A DNA stretch of 64,000 bases, taken from Narcine bancroftii. Taxonomy: Eukaryota. The stretch is taken from NCBI RefSeq assembly GCF_036971445.1, contig NC_091477.1:32240001-32304000 (forward strand), in the 5' to 3' direction. Below, one piece after another: positions 1 through 14,900 of this stretch (positions within the stretch are counted from its first letter, which is position 1; every line of letters starts with the position of its first letter). A program made the position numbers and the translations under genes. The notes beneath the pieces are model-generated. The model did not search any database. It was given only the letters and a program-made list of their open reading frames with translations, and was not told where the DNA came from.

Positions 1-1909
1 ACCTAAAGTTCATTTTATTCAATTAATTCCCATAACATATAAAATGTAAATTCAAACCCTGCTCTCTGGCACTAACTGCTGTGTTAACTGTGCCGCCATC
101 ATAAATAACCACCCCATCCCTCAATTTTATAGATAAACCCCAACTAATATACTTAATAATATACACTAACAAAGACTCTTACTATGCAGGGATACGGAGA
201 CACTTTGGGAGCATTGTCCCAGTGGCGAGTGGCATCAGCCAGCTCTTCATCCTGGTTGCCACCATTTTATTGAAATACAACTTTATTCAAATAGCTGCTC
301 CATGCAGGGCACAACCCATTGACTGAATGTTTGCTCTCATCTTCACCAAGGGATTGCGGCTTGCTTCAGAGAACGTTTACTTTTACAATGTTAAACTCTT
401 ATTTATTTTCATATTTATTTATTATTTCTTTGGGTTTTTTTGCCTATTGCTTTGGTTTGCGGGTTACTTGAATTCTGGAAGATTGGTTCCAGACAGGAGG
501 AGGAGAGGACATTTGTTTTGAAGGGAGATTAAGCAAACTGAAACTGCTGTCTAAAGATTAGAAGAAGGAGATAGGATGATCTCATTGAATTTTTTCTTAA
601 CATGGCCTGACAGGACAAACATCAGGTGCAAGCATTATGTTTCCCCATGCTGACATGTTTGCATCCAAGACTAAGTTTTGAAACAAACTATTCAGGTTAG
701 AGATAAGAAAAACTTTCTTCTCCCAAAGGGGAGAGAACCTTTAAAATTCTCTATACAAAATGTTTGTGGAAGAATTGTCACAAAGTACACAAGACAGATC
801 AAAAGATATTTGGATAACAGAGAAAATTCACAGTGTAGGAAAGTGGCACCGAAGTAACAACCATGATGTTCTTCAATAAGGAATGGTACACCAGGCTGAA
901 TGGCCTATCCTGTTTCTATTCATATTTTAATTCCTTTAAAATGTTTCCTCTTGGTTGGCTTCAATTTAATTCCTTCATATTTTACAATTTGTTGATGTTA
1001 ATGTTCCTACAATTTGTGAAGATAGCAACAGGGATAAAGTACACACACACACAATTTACAGAAGACGAGCGTGGGAAAATGGCGACAGGAATGAAACACA
1101 TGCATTCAATGAACTAGTTAGTTACAAGCCCAGAAGACCCCAAAACCCAACAGCAATAGATATTCACCAAGACAAATGGTTACTTAAACAAAAGTTGCTT
1201 TTAATTTTCTTTAAACATGAAAACAGAATCACACTTTAACTTATCACTATTGACTTAACTAACCTAACACACCCCTTCTAATTCTAACTGCTCATGTATG
1301 TAATGTGTGTGTAAATTCAGAAAAGTTATTTGGTTCACAGTCCAATCTCACTTATCATTCCTCCAAGTTCACTGGTTGCAAGCAATTCTTAAACTCAGCA
1401 CAGAATTTATAAAGTTCACCAGGCTTTGGTGCTTGAAAGGCAAATGTTTTTTTGTACTGTTGGGCATTTGTCTTCAGGCCTCTTTCCTGATGGTAGCAGT
1501 GAGAAAAGGCCATAGCCTGGTGGTGAGTCAAAGAAATTGCATCTGCTCTGGAGCCACATAATTAAAGTAAGAATTGTAAAAAAGACTTTTCAACCTTTCA
1601 GTAGCCATCATGTAGCCATCTATTCCTACCAACAATTCTATGCTTTCAATTTGGTACCTCTTAGATTTCATCCCCTCCCACCCCTACTCCTTTCCAAGAA
1701 AAACAAACCCAGCCTTTGAATCTCATTTTAGCCGAGACACTCATTATTGGATTTTTTTTTTGTATTGCTGTTTGTTCACATGTATTTTCTTGAGTAGAGT
1801 TGTTTTGTACCAGCAACGAGTAGAAACTCTGCCTGGAACACTCCATCCAAAGCAACATCCTGCTGAATCTTCTCTATGCCTAATGCAATGTAATCATATC
1901 CTTAAAATT

Positions 1910-2273
1910 GCGAGCTCTCCACTGGCCACCGTGACAGAGGTGCACCAAAGAAAAGGTACAAGGACTGCCTAAAGAAATCTCTTGGTGCCTGCCACATTGA
2001 CCACCGCCAGTGGGCTGATATCGCCTTAAACCGTGCATCTTGGCGCCTCACAGTTTGGCGGGCAGCAACCTCCTTTGAAGAAGACCGCAGAGCCCACCTC
2101 ACTGACAAGCCAAAGGAGGAAAAACCCAACACCCAACCCACCAATTTTCCCCTGCAGCCACTGCAACCGTGTCTGCCTGTCCCGCATCGGACTTGTCAGC
2201 CACAAACGAGCCTGCAGCTGACGTGGACTTCTTACCCCCTCCATAAATCTTCGTCCGCGAAGCCAAGCCAAAG
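1910..2273 (+). mobile_element. 5'-truncated RTE-clade LINE with 14-bp target-site duplication
   Basis: Encodes ...[19 protein letters not shown]; TSD ATATCCTTAAAATT at 1896-1909 and 2274-2287. Confidence 0.9.
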
Positions 2274-2835
2274 ATATCCTTAAAATTAGTTTAAAATTAA
2301 CCCAAGGAAGCAAAGATCAGAAATAATGCTTTATTTCACCACCAATGTTTACACATTTGAAAAGTGGCAATTTAAATACTATACAATGATTTAAATCCAT
2401 GTTTATTTTTTTTTAAATTGCAGCAAACAATGTATGCAAAATGAACAAGTCATGTATGTCATACTGGAGCTTGAAGGAAAATATTGTCTGCCATTACCTT
2501 CACAACATTAGAGAAACAGCAGATCAGTAGATCAAATTACTCAACTAGGGCTTGAAAATGAGCTGTTTGCAAAGAAAATATTTCATCAGGAGTATAATGT
2601 CTGTTTATTGGTCTGATATCAACTATACAAAAGAAAATTCAAAATTTCATAATTAAAAAACTTGTATACATTCATATTTAGCCCAAAATGACATGTATTA
2701 TACATTTGAATGCAAACCAATTGCCAACATTAAAGCAAAATATAGCCATGGTTTTAGGTTTAATTTGGGAAAATCTGATAACATTATAGCTCCCAAAATT
2801 AATTTATACAATTCTATAGTTTGACAATAGAGTGC

Positions 2836-2950
2836 TTAAACAATGAATTTACTTTTAACTCCAAATGCACTCTTCGTAGCTGTATCTCCATGTGCTTGGT
2901 AACCAATTACAGCATTAACAGGAAGGCCAAGCCTTTCCTTGTAGGTTTTT
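2836..2950 (-). CDS. eif4e1b: eif4e1b exon 7 (last coding exon), [10 protein letters not shown]...KSKFIV*
   Basis: Acceptor ttttgcacag; matches the eIF4E C-terminus [26 protein letters not shown]; TAA at 2838-2836. Confidence 0.93.
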
Positions 2951-5900
2951 CTGTGCAAAAGAAAAACAGGTGTAAAACATTTAGTTCTTTGCAAATTATA
3001 ATTAAAATATGATTGAAAATATTGCATTGAAATGTTAAGCTAATTAAATTGCATTTTGAATAACTTGCTCTGCGATGAGCAACTATTCTTTCAATCACCT
3101 TGGCACTAAGTTAAGGAATTTCACACTAAGCTATTACCGTCACCTCTGAACAAAGCTTAGAATCATCCAACCTTGTCTTTTATGTTAACTCGAGTTAAAC
3201 TTTCATGGTCAATGCACCTGTAGCATCTTGGGATGTTTTGGCTTATACTGCATAGAATTTTGTAAAATATTATCTTGGCCTGCTTTCACGACACAGCAAA
3301 GCAGGATACCCCCTCATCCTCACCTAGCATCCTCCCAGCCTCTGCGTCCAACAAATTATCCTCCATAATTTCCGTCACCTAAACATGATCCCAACACCAG
3401 ACACATCTTCCCCTCCTTCTGTAGGGACCGATCCCTCCATGACTCCCTCATCCCTTCCCATTAATCACCCCTGCGGCTTCAGGAAGTGCCATGTGTACCC
3501 ACACCTCCTCCCTCATCACCGTTCAGGCCCCCCCAAACAGTCCTTCCAAGTGAAGCAACACTTCACATGAATCTGCAGGAGTTATCTACTACATTTGGTG
3601 CTCCAGTTGTGACCTTCTCTATATCTGAGAGATTGCTTCACTGAGCAGCTTCCTGTCTGCATCAAATGACAAGGATCTCCCAGTGGCCAACCCTTTCAAT
3701 TCTGCACCCCACTCTCATGCAGACATGTCCATCCATGGCCTCATAACTGTCAAACCAAGGCCATCCATAAATTGTCAAGGTAACATCCAATATTCGATCT
3801 GGCCACTCTCCAACCAGATGGCATCAACAGACCTCCTGTTTCTGCTAGCCTACTCCCCTGTTCTCTGTTCACTATCCTCATCTTTTTTTTCCTTTAGTTC
3901 TCCATCCCCTTTCCTCTCCCGTCACAAGCCACCCCACTCCCTCCCTTATCCACCTGTTACCTCCTACTTGTGGGACTTTGCTCCTCCCCCAATCATTTTG
4001 TTCAGGAACCTGCCCACATTTTGCATTGATACCTTGAAAAGTTTTAGCTTTTACCACGTTGATAAGCAGATGAGCAATTTTATTGAAATGGGAAGATGAT
4101 TTGCCCCCTCCTCAGAGTGGTTATATGACATAATATCCTATTTATGTTTAGAGAAAATTAATACCAAAGATAGAGTTTCAATTTGTGAAATTGTAGGGCC
4201 CATTCTTACATTTTTATATAATTGGAAGAATGAGCAATTATTGTATGTTCTAGTTGTTTATTGTCTGTTCTCTGAGGGTCGTCAGTGGTTCTACATTATT
4301 GTTTTTTCTTTTATTAATTCAAAAAGTAGGCTTGATTAGTAGGGTTAGATTGGAGTTTTTTTTTCCCCTTTGTTTTATTCAAGTTAGTTCAACAAAAGGA
4401 TTTAACATGGTTGCATAGATTATTTCAATTAAATTTCTGAGGTATTACAAACAGTTATTGATGTAGTTTTATCTACCTTTTTTCATTGGCTTTTTTCTTG
4501 CATGCTTACTTTATACAATTATGTAATTGTCAATTTTGCATTTATGCTTATATATTAAACTTTAAAATATTTTCAAAAGAAAGATAAAGTGCTCAGTCCT
4601 GAAATGTTGGTTCTGCATCTTTATCTTTGCTATACAAAGTACACTGTTTGACCTGCTGAGTTTCTCTAGCATAACATTTTTACTTCAATGACAGTGTCTG
4701 CAGATTTTTATGTTTTACTTCCAAATATTTATTGTCTGTTACTATCGAGGTTGGTAAATGAGTAGTTTATCAGGCCCATGTGCATTTGAAATGTTTCAGG
4801 GTGCTTAAAATACTTGAGTTTTTTTTTAATTAAATATTTAGCTTGATCAATTCCTACAACCACAGAGCAGGATGGTGGAAGGGAGAACGGCAGGCATTGT
4901 TAGTGATGTATCCGGTGGTACAACACTCAGTTCCTGGAACACAAATTCTGGTCACACCAGAGGTAAGAATGGAAGTTACAAGCAATTTTTACATTCTTCG
5001 AAGATTAACAAGATAGAACGGGAAAGAAATAGCTGTTGTTCACAAAAAATAAATTCCAGGAGTTATAATTGCCACCCTCCCCCACCCACCACCCCATTCC
5101 TTTTAGAAATAAAAGGTTAAAATCTTTCAGAAATCACATGGAATAAGAAAGAAATTGGACAAATGTGGCATGTGGAACCTGAAAAAAAAAAGAAGAATCA
5201 TTTGAGAGGTGGTAAGTAAGTTTTATTCTGGTATTGAACACAAGAGATTACAATGGAAACAAAAAATAGAAAGAAAATCATGAATAATTGATAGTTGTTC
5301 TTCCTCCTTCCCCTCTCCCCCAAAAAAATTTTTGGATCTTTTATAACTCTATAATTAAAAATACAGGTATATTGAACATATTTTACTTTTTTCTCTCTCA
5401 ACTTTTAGAAATCAAAATAGATCTCAAACTTGATGCAAACTAATAGAGCAAGGAGAAGGGCATTTTGCCCAATAAATGAATGTTAAAAATAAAAAAAATA
5501 AATTGTTGATAAGTCTCAGCACACCAGAGAGCATCTTTGGAAAGGGTCTTTGTCAGAACCCTTGATTAGTGTGTTGTGTATCATGAATTGTTAAATATCC
5601 TTAATTTGATATTTTCTTAGCAAACTCAATATAAAGTTTATCCAAAATAAAACTAATCATTTAAAATTATAATCTACTTTGCAATAGAGAGGCAAGTGAA
5701 GTGGTTATCTGCAACATCTTGAAGCAATGTTCAATTAATGTTTGATGTAAACTCAAAAATTAATAGCATAAACTTCATAATATGGGAAAGAACTAAATGA
5801 CAGTTGTGATTCAGCCAACTGACATAAAGGCAAATAGTTGAACAAACTGCTCAGATTTTAAGGAAATTGTCAATGACTTAAAACTCAAAAGCACCAACTT

Positions 5901-8900
5901 ACCCTATGTGCAAAACTGCTTCTTGGTTTTCAGTGTCACTGGTCCAAATTGCTATTTTATCTCCTTTAGCACGAACATTAATTACACCACCACAAACGTC
6001 TTTGCTATATTCATCAAAAGCTTCTCCAATAAGGCACAATAACTAACAAAATATTAAAAATCATTATAGTCCATTGTCTGCAGATAGTGGACTATCAGTT
6101 CAACTACTGTATACAGTATATATTCTCAATTTGATACAATTCACATAGATTTGAAATATCACAAAGTACTTTACAACTAATTAAACCAACTACTAGTAGG
6201 AAGCAACAATTAATTTGAATACATATCTCCCACAAAACAGCATTATGATCAAACCTCCACACGCCCACCCCACTGCAAATGCAATAAATTGCACAAATGA
6301 TAATCTCCAAATTTCAAGAAGTTTCAACCAATATTTTTTAAGTGAAGATCAACTCATCACATGATGCAAGAGCAAAATAAATGGAATTTAATCAGGGATT
6401 CTCTCATTTTTAAAAGAAATTAGACATGACAATATAAATAATGGTGTTGCTTCATTAATTCATGTTCTGGACATGTCAGAGTAAAGAAATATTGGATTGA
6501 AGTATTTCAAACTTTCTCTGCACTTTTGAAAGTTAATTTTAAACCTAGTCCCTTAACTGTTTTATTTGGTATTGTTGGAGAGAGTGACATAAAACTTTCA
6601 TGGCATCTGAACTGCATTAGCTTTTATTTCTTATGGTTCGATGGGCAGTATTTCTTAGATGGAGGGACATTACCCCACCTAATTATGCTCAATGGCTACA
6701 TGACGTCACGTTTAAATTTAGAGAAGTTTAATGCTCAATTTCAAATTTTCAAAAACTGGGTACCTTTTCGAATTACCTTTATAATCTTTGATTTGTTATG
6801 AAGGTAGAACTGTTGATTAATGAGGTAATTTCTCACTGATAAGAATTCTGCCTTCTCTTTTGGCCAAAGAGCTGCTTTCTTGAAAGTGGGTTTAGATTTT
6901 CCTTTTTTTAAAATAATATCAATACAAGCTTTTTTTGATTAAAATGTGGGGTACCTTGGATGAAGTGATACAACTTTTAACATATATCCTTATGTACTCT
7001 ATTGTTGGATGTGAAATTTCAATGTTAATAAAAATATTGAAAAAGACAATCTAAATAATAGCTTGGAGAGGTAAAGGTCACTTGGAGGCAACCTGTCCAA
7101 AAATGATCAGATAGATAGAACTCACTGTTTCAAGCCAGAATTTATCTAGTTCCAGCATCCTTTGCTGCTTTGACAGAGCAATTAACCATCTTCCACCAAG
7201 CTTGTTTCTGCTGTCCTCCCACATGGGTTCAATACCATCCTACAGAAGAGTACACAATTGATTGAAAACAACTTAATGGGGCTACTTTTAAAGATAAAAT
7301 AGTAAAATCTTTGGAATTAAGCAACTTTTCAGATTTGGAACACCTCTTCGGTCATCACTCATTTGTAAATACCTCCTGCTAGATCGGAAAAGTTGCCAAC
7401 ACATTAAAGGACTCTCATCACATCCAATCATACACTTTTCCTTTTTCAGGCAAAAGAGGCACAAGTTTGAAAATGTGAATCTCCTGAATCAAGGAGTTTA
7501 TTTCTTGCACTTTGTTTTAATATAGCATGACTCACTGTACAAGCATAGATTGACTTGCATTGCAAAACAAACTTTTTACTTTCTTAATGCACATTACAAT
7601 GAACAAAACAATTCTCCCCAATAAATTTTTAAGATGTTGGGATAAAATTGTTTTGTTTGCTATTGAATTCATGAATGAATGTTATGAATTTTCTCTCCCA
7701 ATTACAAAACATTCATGCTCATTTCCCCAACAGTTCACTTGATCTACATTCTTGACAAATGTGACTAGAGTGTAGACACGATACATAATGTATACAAAGT
7801 CTATGCCTTTTCCTTTGGAACCAGTACCAGGCTTTATTCAAGCAATATTAAAGTTTGCTGACCTTAAAGAGAGAATAGTCACAACCCGACATCAGCCTAC
7901 TCGCAAGTTGAATATGATTGTACAATCTAATGAAACAAAGAAAGAAGTCATTTCAGGGATGAAACAAACTCCACTTGAACATTCACCTCATAAGAATGCC
8001 CTGCAAGAATAAATAAATAAGTAAACAAAGAATTATTAGGATCACAGTTAATTGTCCTTACCAAATGAACCTGAACTGAGCAGAAGTAATTTGAGAAAAG
8101 GGAAGAGTCAATATAGAAAATCAACTAGATAACATGAAAAGATAATAGAAAAAGGGGAAGAAAGCTATCAAGTAGCAAACATTGCAGAAAAAAATTAATA
8201 TTTAAAAAGGATAATTGACAAAGATCACCACCACAATGTGATCAGGAGAAAGTCAATCAGCAGATTTGATTTGTGTAACTGACAGCCTAAAATTAGTGAT
8301 CATAATTAGAAAAAATAGTCTTCATAAATATAGGCCAGTTAAATTATCAACCACTATCGTGCTAGAACTTGTGTACTCTGGAATGCAAATATTCCAATAC
8401 CGATGTTGTCAATACAAACCAATATTCAGCAGCTCCACACACACACTATTTTCTTACTGAAAAGGATCACAACCATCTCCATTATATAGTCACATCCCTC
8501 TGTAATTAAATCATTACTAATTTATTCTTTCAAAGATGCATGACAACAACTCTTGGAAATTAATAAAGTGCCATGATCAGTGGCCACTTTTTTGTGTTGT
8601 AAATGATTTAGATTGCGGAATGAATGGTTTTGTCGCCAAGTTGGCAGAAGATAAAGATAGGTACGTAATGAGGAAGCAGAGGGACCTGGATTAGGAGAAT
8701 GGGCAAAGAAGCAGCAAATTAAATGCAATGCTGGAAAGCATATGGTCATGCACTTTGGTCGAAGGAATAAAAGGGCAGACTATTATTTGGATGGGGACAA
8801 AATTCAGAGGTGGAAAGGGATTTGGGAGTTCTCATGCAGGATACCCTAAATGCTCACCTCCAGTTTGAGTCAGTGGTTGGGGTTGGGGGGGGGGGGGGCG

Positions 8901-11900
8901 GAGGGGGGAAGCAAATGCAATGTTAAGCAGTCAGATTTTGAGGAATAGGATACAGGAGGAGAGATGTGATGTTGAGATTTTACAAGGTAGAGGTGAGATT
9001 TCACGAAGTTCAGTGTAGAGTTTTAGGCTCCTTATTAAAGGATGTACTAGCGCTGGAGATGATTCAGAATAGATACATAATGAATGGATTAGTACATGAG
9101 GAATGTTTTTGCCTCTTGGAGTTCAGAAGAATAAAGGGGGGACCAAATAGAAGCATTTCAAATGTTGAAAGACCGGGACAGAGTCAATGTAGTTGTTTCC
9201 CATGGTAGGGGAGTCTAGGACAAGAGGGCATAATTTCAGGATTGAAGGGTAGCAACATAAAACAGATGTGAAGAAATTTATTTAGCCAAAGAGTGGTGAA
9301 CCTCTGGAATTTGCCTGTTGGCAGCAGTGGAAGCCAAGTCGTTGAGTGCGTTTAAGGCTGAGATTGATAGATATCTGAATAGTCAGGGCATCAAATGTTA
9401 GAGAGAGAAAGCAGGATAGTAGACCTAAGTGGGAGAATAGAATAGTTCATGTTGAAAAGGAAGAGCAGACTTGATGGGTCGAACAACCTACTTCTGCTCC
9501 AGTCTCTTCTAGTATTATGTTTGCCTTTACTCATGAAAAACCAATAGAGAAAGAAAATTATGCCAAATTTGATATCCCAATATCAAATGTTACTACAGTT
9601 CTCACAGACTAGGCTACAAACAAAAACTCAATTTCAAATGAATTTAAAACCCAATCCAAGCTGACTTAAAATTCATATGGTTTATATTCATTGCAAATTA
9701 TTAATCAAGGATTTATTTCAGGTGACATAGATGGGTCCCTTCAGGGCCACAATTGAAATTACAGCAATCCTCAGGCAAGTACCAAGGCATTTGTTTCTCT
9801 TGACCTACTCCTGCAATGTCCACACCTTTTGTTTGAAACTTCTCAGAAACAAGTCCATCAGATGTTGTATTACAGTAAACCTCTGGTATCTGGCACCTAT
9901 TGGTAGATGCCAGATAAGTGTATTTTCCAGTTGTTTGAGACTTAGTCTTACAATGCCCTTCTCAAGTTTATCTGCTACCTTATAATCTGCTGATTTCTGT
10001 TCACCAAACAAAGCCAATATATGGAACTTTTATAATCTTGAATCCACCAAGCCAGTCATTTGAAAAAGAATACTGTGCCTCTATATTCATCTTCTCAAGG
10101 AACTCCTTTCCATTTCTGATATGCAACCCCCTACCGACCTTTTCAAATTAAACTATACAAAAAGAGCCTGGTCAAGATAGTCCATCTGTGACATCGTCGG
10201 TATCAGACTTCATAAAACTGCTTAATTTTCCTCCCTAAGCACTGCAAGAATTTCATTTTTCCAGTCTCTTTCATATCTCCATCTTCACATTTACACCTGC
10301 CTTCTTGTTTTTCCTCACTTTTTAATTTTAAAATAGACAAACAGCATGTTAACAGGCTTTTTTGGCCCACAAGTCTGTGCTGCCCAATTTACACCTAACT
10401 GACCTACATCTCTGGTAGGTTTTGAACTGTGGGAGGAAACCTGAGCCCCCAGGAGAATGTACAAACTCATTATAGGCAGCTCTGGATTCGAACCTTGGTC
10501 CCAATCACTGGCACTGTAAAGGTGTTGCACTAACCACTACACCAACCATGTTGCCCAATGTGCTGCAAAATGGAATCTTTTTGTTTAAGTTGGTCATTTG
10601 GCAGGACCTGGTTGCAGGTGTTGCCTGGCACACAAGTGGTGGATTGGCAAACCAAGAGTGAGGCATTCCAATTTTAAACATGTATTTTTTTAATCTTACT
10701 TACTTATTTTAAGTTTTATTTATTTTCATCTATTTTTTTCCGCCGGTTGCTTGAATTCTGGATACCAGAATCTTTATTAGCCAACAAGCTGCTTCAACTA
10801 ATTAATCAATCATCACGAAAAGACAAGTTTCATCCACATGTTAAAAGCTGCCAAATAGCTCAAAATGTATGCAAGTATTTTTCATTTTGCAAACATTGTT
10901 CGATATATAAAATGGAATACATACGCCCAAAAATCCTCCACAGTGTCAAATTTAGTAACAAGACGAAGATTTGCCTGCCAGGGTTTGCTTTTATCATTTT
11001 TAAAAAACCAGAGGGTCCACCTGTATTTGGAACAAGTAAACAAAATATGCAGAAATTGAAAACTCCAAATGTATCACTAATCAATACTTCAGAATAAATT
11101 ATGTCAAAATATTTCAACTGCAAACAAAATGTCATCTTGCAGTACCACTAACAACAATGCAATCAACATTCCAACAAAATACAGGAGTATTAAACAATGT
11201 GAACAAGAAAGCTACATTAAATGGGCATGACTGTTGGTTCAATTGAAAAATCCCTGCTCAAAAGAGATCAGAAAATTGGTAGCATCTGTATGGAGATATA
11301 ATCATATCATATAATTTGCTTTAACGACAGAATTACGATCATAAAAAAACTTGATTCCAAGTTGACAACATTTGGCCCAGATAATTTCTCTCCCAAAATT
11401 AAATGCACACAATTCATCTGCTGGCAACATAAAATGACAAGTATTCTCTAGTTTAGAGTTGTTCATGGAGCATGGCCACATTCAGAATACAATTCCAGAG
11501 ATGAATGTCATTATCTGTCATGGTAGAACAACAATACAGAAGGTCCAAAAGAAGTTAATTCAAGTGATTCAGTTTTGATGCACCCAATTATCATAACAGC
11601 TTGCTTTTTTAAAAAAATGTTAATTGGGATACTCAAAAATAAATTAAAGCATCATAATTTGTGCAGTTTTTTTTAAAAAAAGATGCCAAGAAGCGTCAAT
11701 GAAATAGAAAATCATGCAAAATACAAGTGTTGCTAATCACTGCGGAACTGATCCAGGGGGAGGGAAGGGGGAAAATCTCATGCATTTCTTCCAAGGCTAT
11801 TAGGTGGATAATACTTTATTTAAGTTTACTTTTGAAGGCCTATCTAGCTTGCAATCATGGAACAATAACAAACATATATCCACATTTCAGAAGTGAAACA

Positions 11901-14900
11901 AACTTAACTATAAAAGTTTTTTGTTTTATAAAGTGGTAAACTTCATTTCCCTCCATTTGATTAACATTCAAGTTGACAACAATCATAACTGGAAATATAT
12001 TACCTGTTCTGTAAAGGATGTTTCAAATGGGGCTGAAGAGAGAGTTGCTCCTTCCTCGGAGACTTTGGTTTTTTTGAATCTTGAATTTTCATGTGAACCT
12101 TAAAAATTTAAGTACATTTATCATATAATTTGCACCTCAATCTTGCAAAAACAAAATTGATAATTTGTCAGAAAATCTGTATTAAATTAAAATTCTGTAA
12201 TACCTGACCAAAAAAAACTGCCAGAGAAGTTAAAAAAAAACACCACAGAACGATTGGACATAGACCATTATCAAGACCACCTAGTCTGGAACCACCATCA
12301 CCAGAAGTATGGAGTGGGGATGGGGGGAAAGGAGGCATCATTATATGTAAATTTAATGAGATGAAAAGTACAAATATTGATGCAAAAATAACAGGTTGGA
12401 AACTGTGCATCTTGTGGCAAGACACTTATAATATAACTCCCCAAAACTCTTCCACCACCTAAACGCATGGGTCAGGGGTACAGCACTTTCCATCCACCAA
12501 GATGAGTGTAACCCTACAGCATTTAGAAACACGATACTATCTAGGATAAAGCAACCTACTCAATCAACTATTACTTTATTTTCATCTATCACTAGCCTCC
12601 AATAATAGTTCCTCTACAAAATATTGTGCAGCTATTGATCGAGACTCCATTGCCAATTGAGAACAAAGCAGTTGACATAGGAATACAACCACTACCAAGT
12701 CACTCACTATCCCAACTCTTATTGTCATTCCTACACAATATATGAATACTTAGCTATCATAACTGGGTGTGCTTTTTCCAGAAGCAATCTCATCACTTTT
12801 TAAAGACTAAAATTAGGGTCAGTACCACCAAGGTTTGCTGGAGCTGTTAAGGTGGGTTTAAACTTGTTTGGCAGGGGGGTGGGAATCAGAATGCATTTGC
12901 AGAGATTAGGGTAGAAGGACAAAAGCATGAAGCTAAGCGTTCTGAGTCAGTGAAGGACAGGCAGGGGACAAAACACAAATGTAGCCAGTTAGGGGGGTTG
13001 TAATGTGTCTATTTCAACACTAGGAGTATTAGGAATAAAAGGGATGAACTTAGAGCATGTATCGGTACCTGGAACTATGATGTGGCTATTACAGAAGCTT
13101 GGCTGGAGGTTGGGCATGATTGGCTGATGCAGATACCGGAGTTTAGGGGTTTTAAAAAAATAGGATTGGGGGTAGAAAAGGGAAGGAGTAGCATCGCTAG
13201 TCAGGAATAGCATCACAGCTATAGAAAGTGAGGATGCTACAGAGGGATTGTCCACTGAGTCAGTGTGGGTTGAAGTAAGAAGCGAGCTATCACTGTGCTG
13301 CAAGTAATCAAAGGGCCCCAAATAGCCCTCGGGACAGAGGAGCAGATAAGCAGTCAGATCTTGGAATAGTGCAGGAAATACAGGGTTGAAGTTATGGGTG
13401 ATTTCAACTTCCCTAATATTGACTTGTACCTCCTGACTGAAAGATGGATGGATGGAGCTGAATTTGTCAGGCATGTTCAAGAAGGATTCCTGACACAGTA
13501 TTTGGACTGGCCAACAAGAGGAGAGGCCACACTGGATCTGGTCTGTGGAATGAACCTGGACAGGTGGCAGACCTCTTTGTGGTGGAGCACTTTGGTGAGA
13601 GTGACCACAACTCCCTAAGCTTCAGTGTAGCTATGGTAAAAGGATAAAACAGACAAAATAGAAAAGTGTTTGAGTGGTGAAGGGCTCATTGTGAATGGAT
13701 GAGGCAGGAACTAGCAAGAGTAAATTGGAAACATTTTCAAGGGTGAAAACAAGTAATGTGGAGAAAGTTGAGGGACCACTTGTGCTAGGTTCAGGATAGA
13801 TTTGCCCCACTGGGACAAAAAGATGGTAGAAAAAAAGGGAACTATGGCTGACTATTGAGGGGGAAGAAAGAAGCACCTATTGAGGGGGAAGAAAGAAGCA
13901 CCTATTGAGGGGGAAGAAAGAAGCACCTATTGAGGGGGAAGAAAGAAGCACCTATTGAGGGGGAAGAAAGAAGCACCTATTGAGGGGGAAGAAAGAAGCA
14001 CCTATTGAGGGGGAAGAAAGAAGCACCTATTGAGGGGGAAGAAAGAAGCACCTATTGAGGGGGAAGAAAGAAGCACCTATTGAGGGGGAAGAAAGAAGCA
14101 CCTATTGAGGGGGAAGAAAGAAGCACCTATTGAGGGGGAAGAAAGAAGCACCTATTGAGGGGGAAGAAAGAAGCACCTATTGAGGGGGAAGAAAGAAGCA
14201 CCTATTGAGGGGGAAGAAAGAAGCACCTATTGAGGGGGAAGAAAGAAGCACCTATTGAGGGGGAAGAAAGAAGCACCTATTGAGGGGGAAGAAAGAAGCA
14301 CCTATTGAGGGGGAAGAAAGAAGCACCTATTGAGGGGGAAGAAAGAAGCACCTATTGAGGGGGAAGAAAGAAGCACCTATTGAGGGGGAAGAAAGAAGCA
14401 CCTATTGAGGGGGAAGAAAGAAGCACCTATTGAGGGGGAAGAAAGAAGCACCTATTGAGGGGGAAGAAAGAAGCACCTATTGAGGGGGAAGAAAGAAGCA
14501 CCTATTGAGGGGGAAGAAAGAAGCACCTATTGAGGGGGAAGAAAGAAGCACCTATTGAGGGGGAAGAAAGAAGCACCTATTGAGGGGGAAGAAAGAAGCA
14601 CCTATTGAGGGGGAAGAAAGAAGCACCTATTGAGGGGGAAGAAAGAAGCACCTATTGAGGGGGAAGAAAGAAGCACCTATTGAGGGGGAAGAAAGAAGCA
14701 CCTATTGAGGGGGAAGAAAGAAGCACCTATTGAGGGGGAAGAAAGAAGCACCTATTGAGGGGGAAGAAAGAAGCACCTATTGAGGGGGAAGAAAGAAGCA
14801 CCTATTGAGGGGGAAGAAAGAAGCACCTATTGAGGGGGAAGAAAGAAGCACCTATTGAGGGGGAAGAAAGAAGCACCTATTGAGGGGGAAGAAAGAAGCA

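Noticed and set aside
10480-10556. tRNA gene
   Set aside because: tRNA-like A/B boxes are the head of a repeated SINE, and the cloverleaf is not intact
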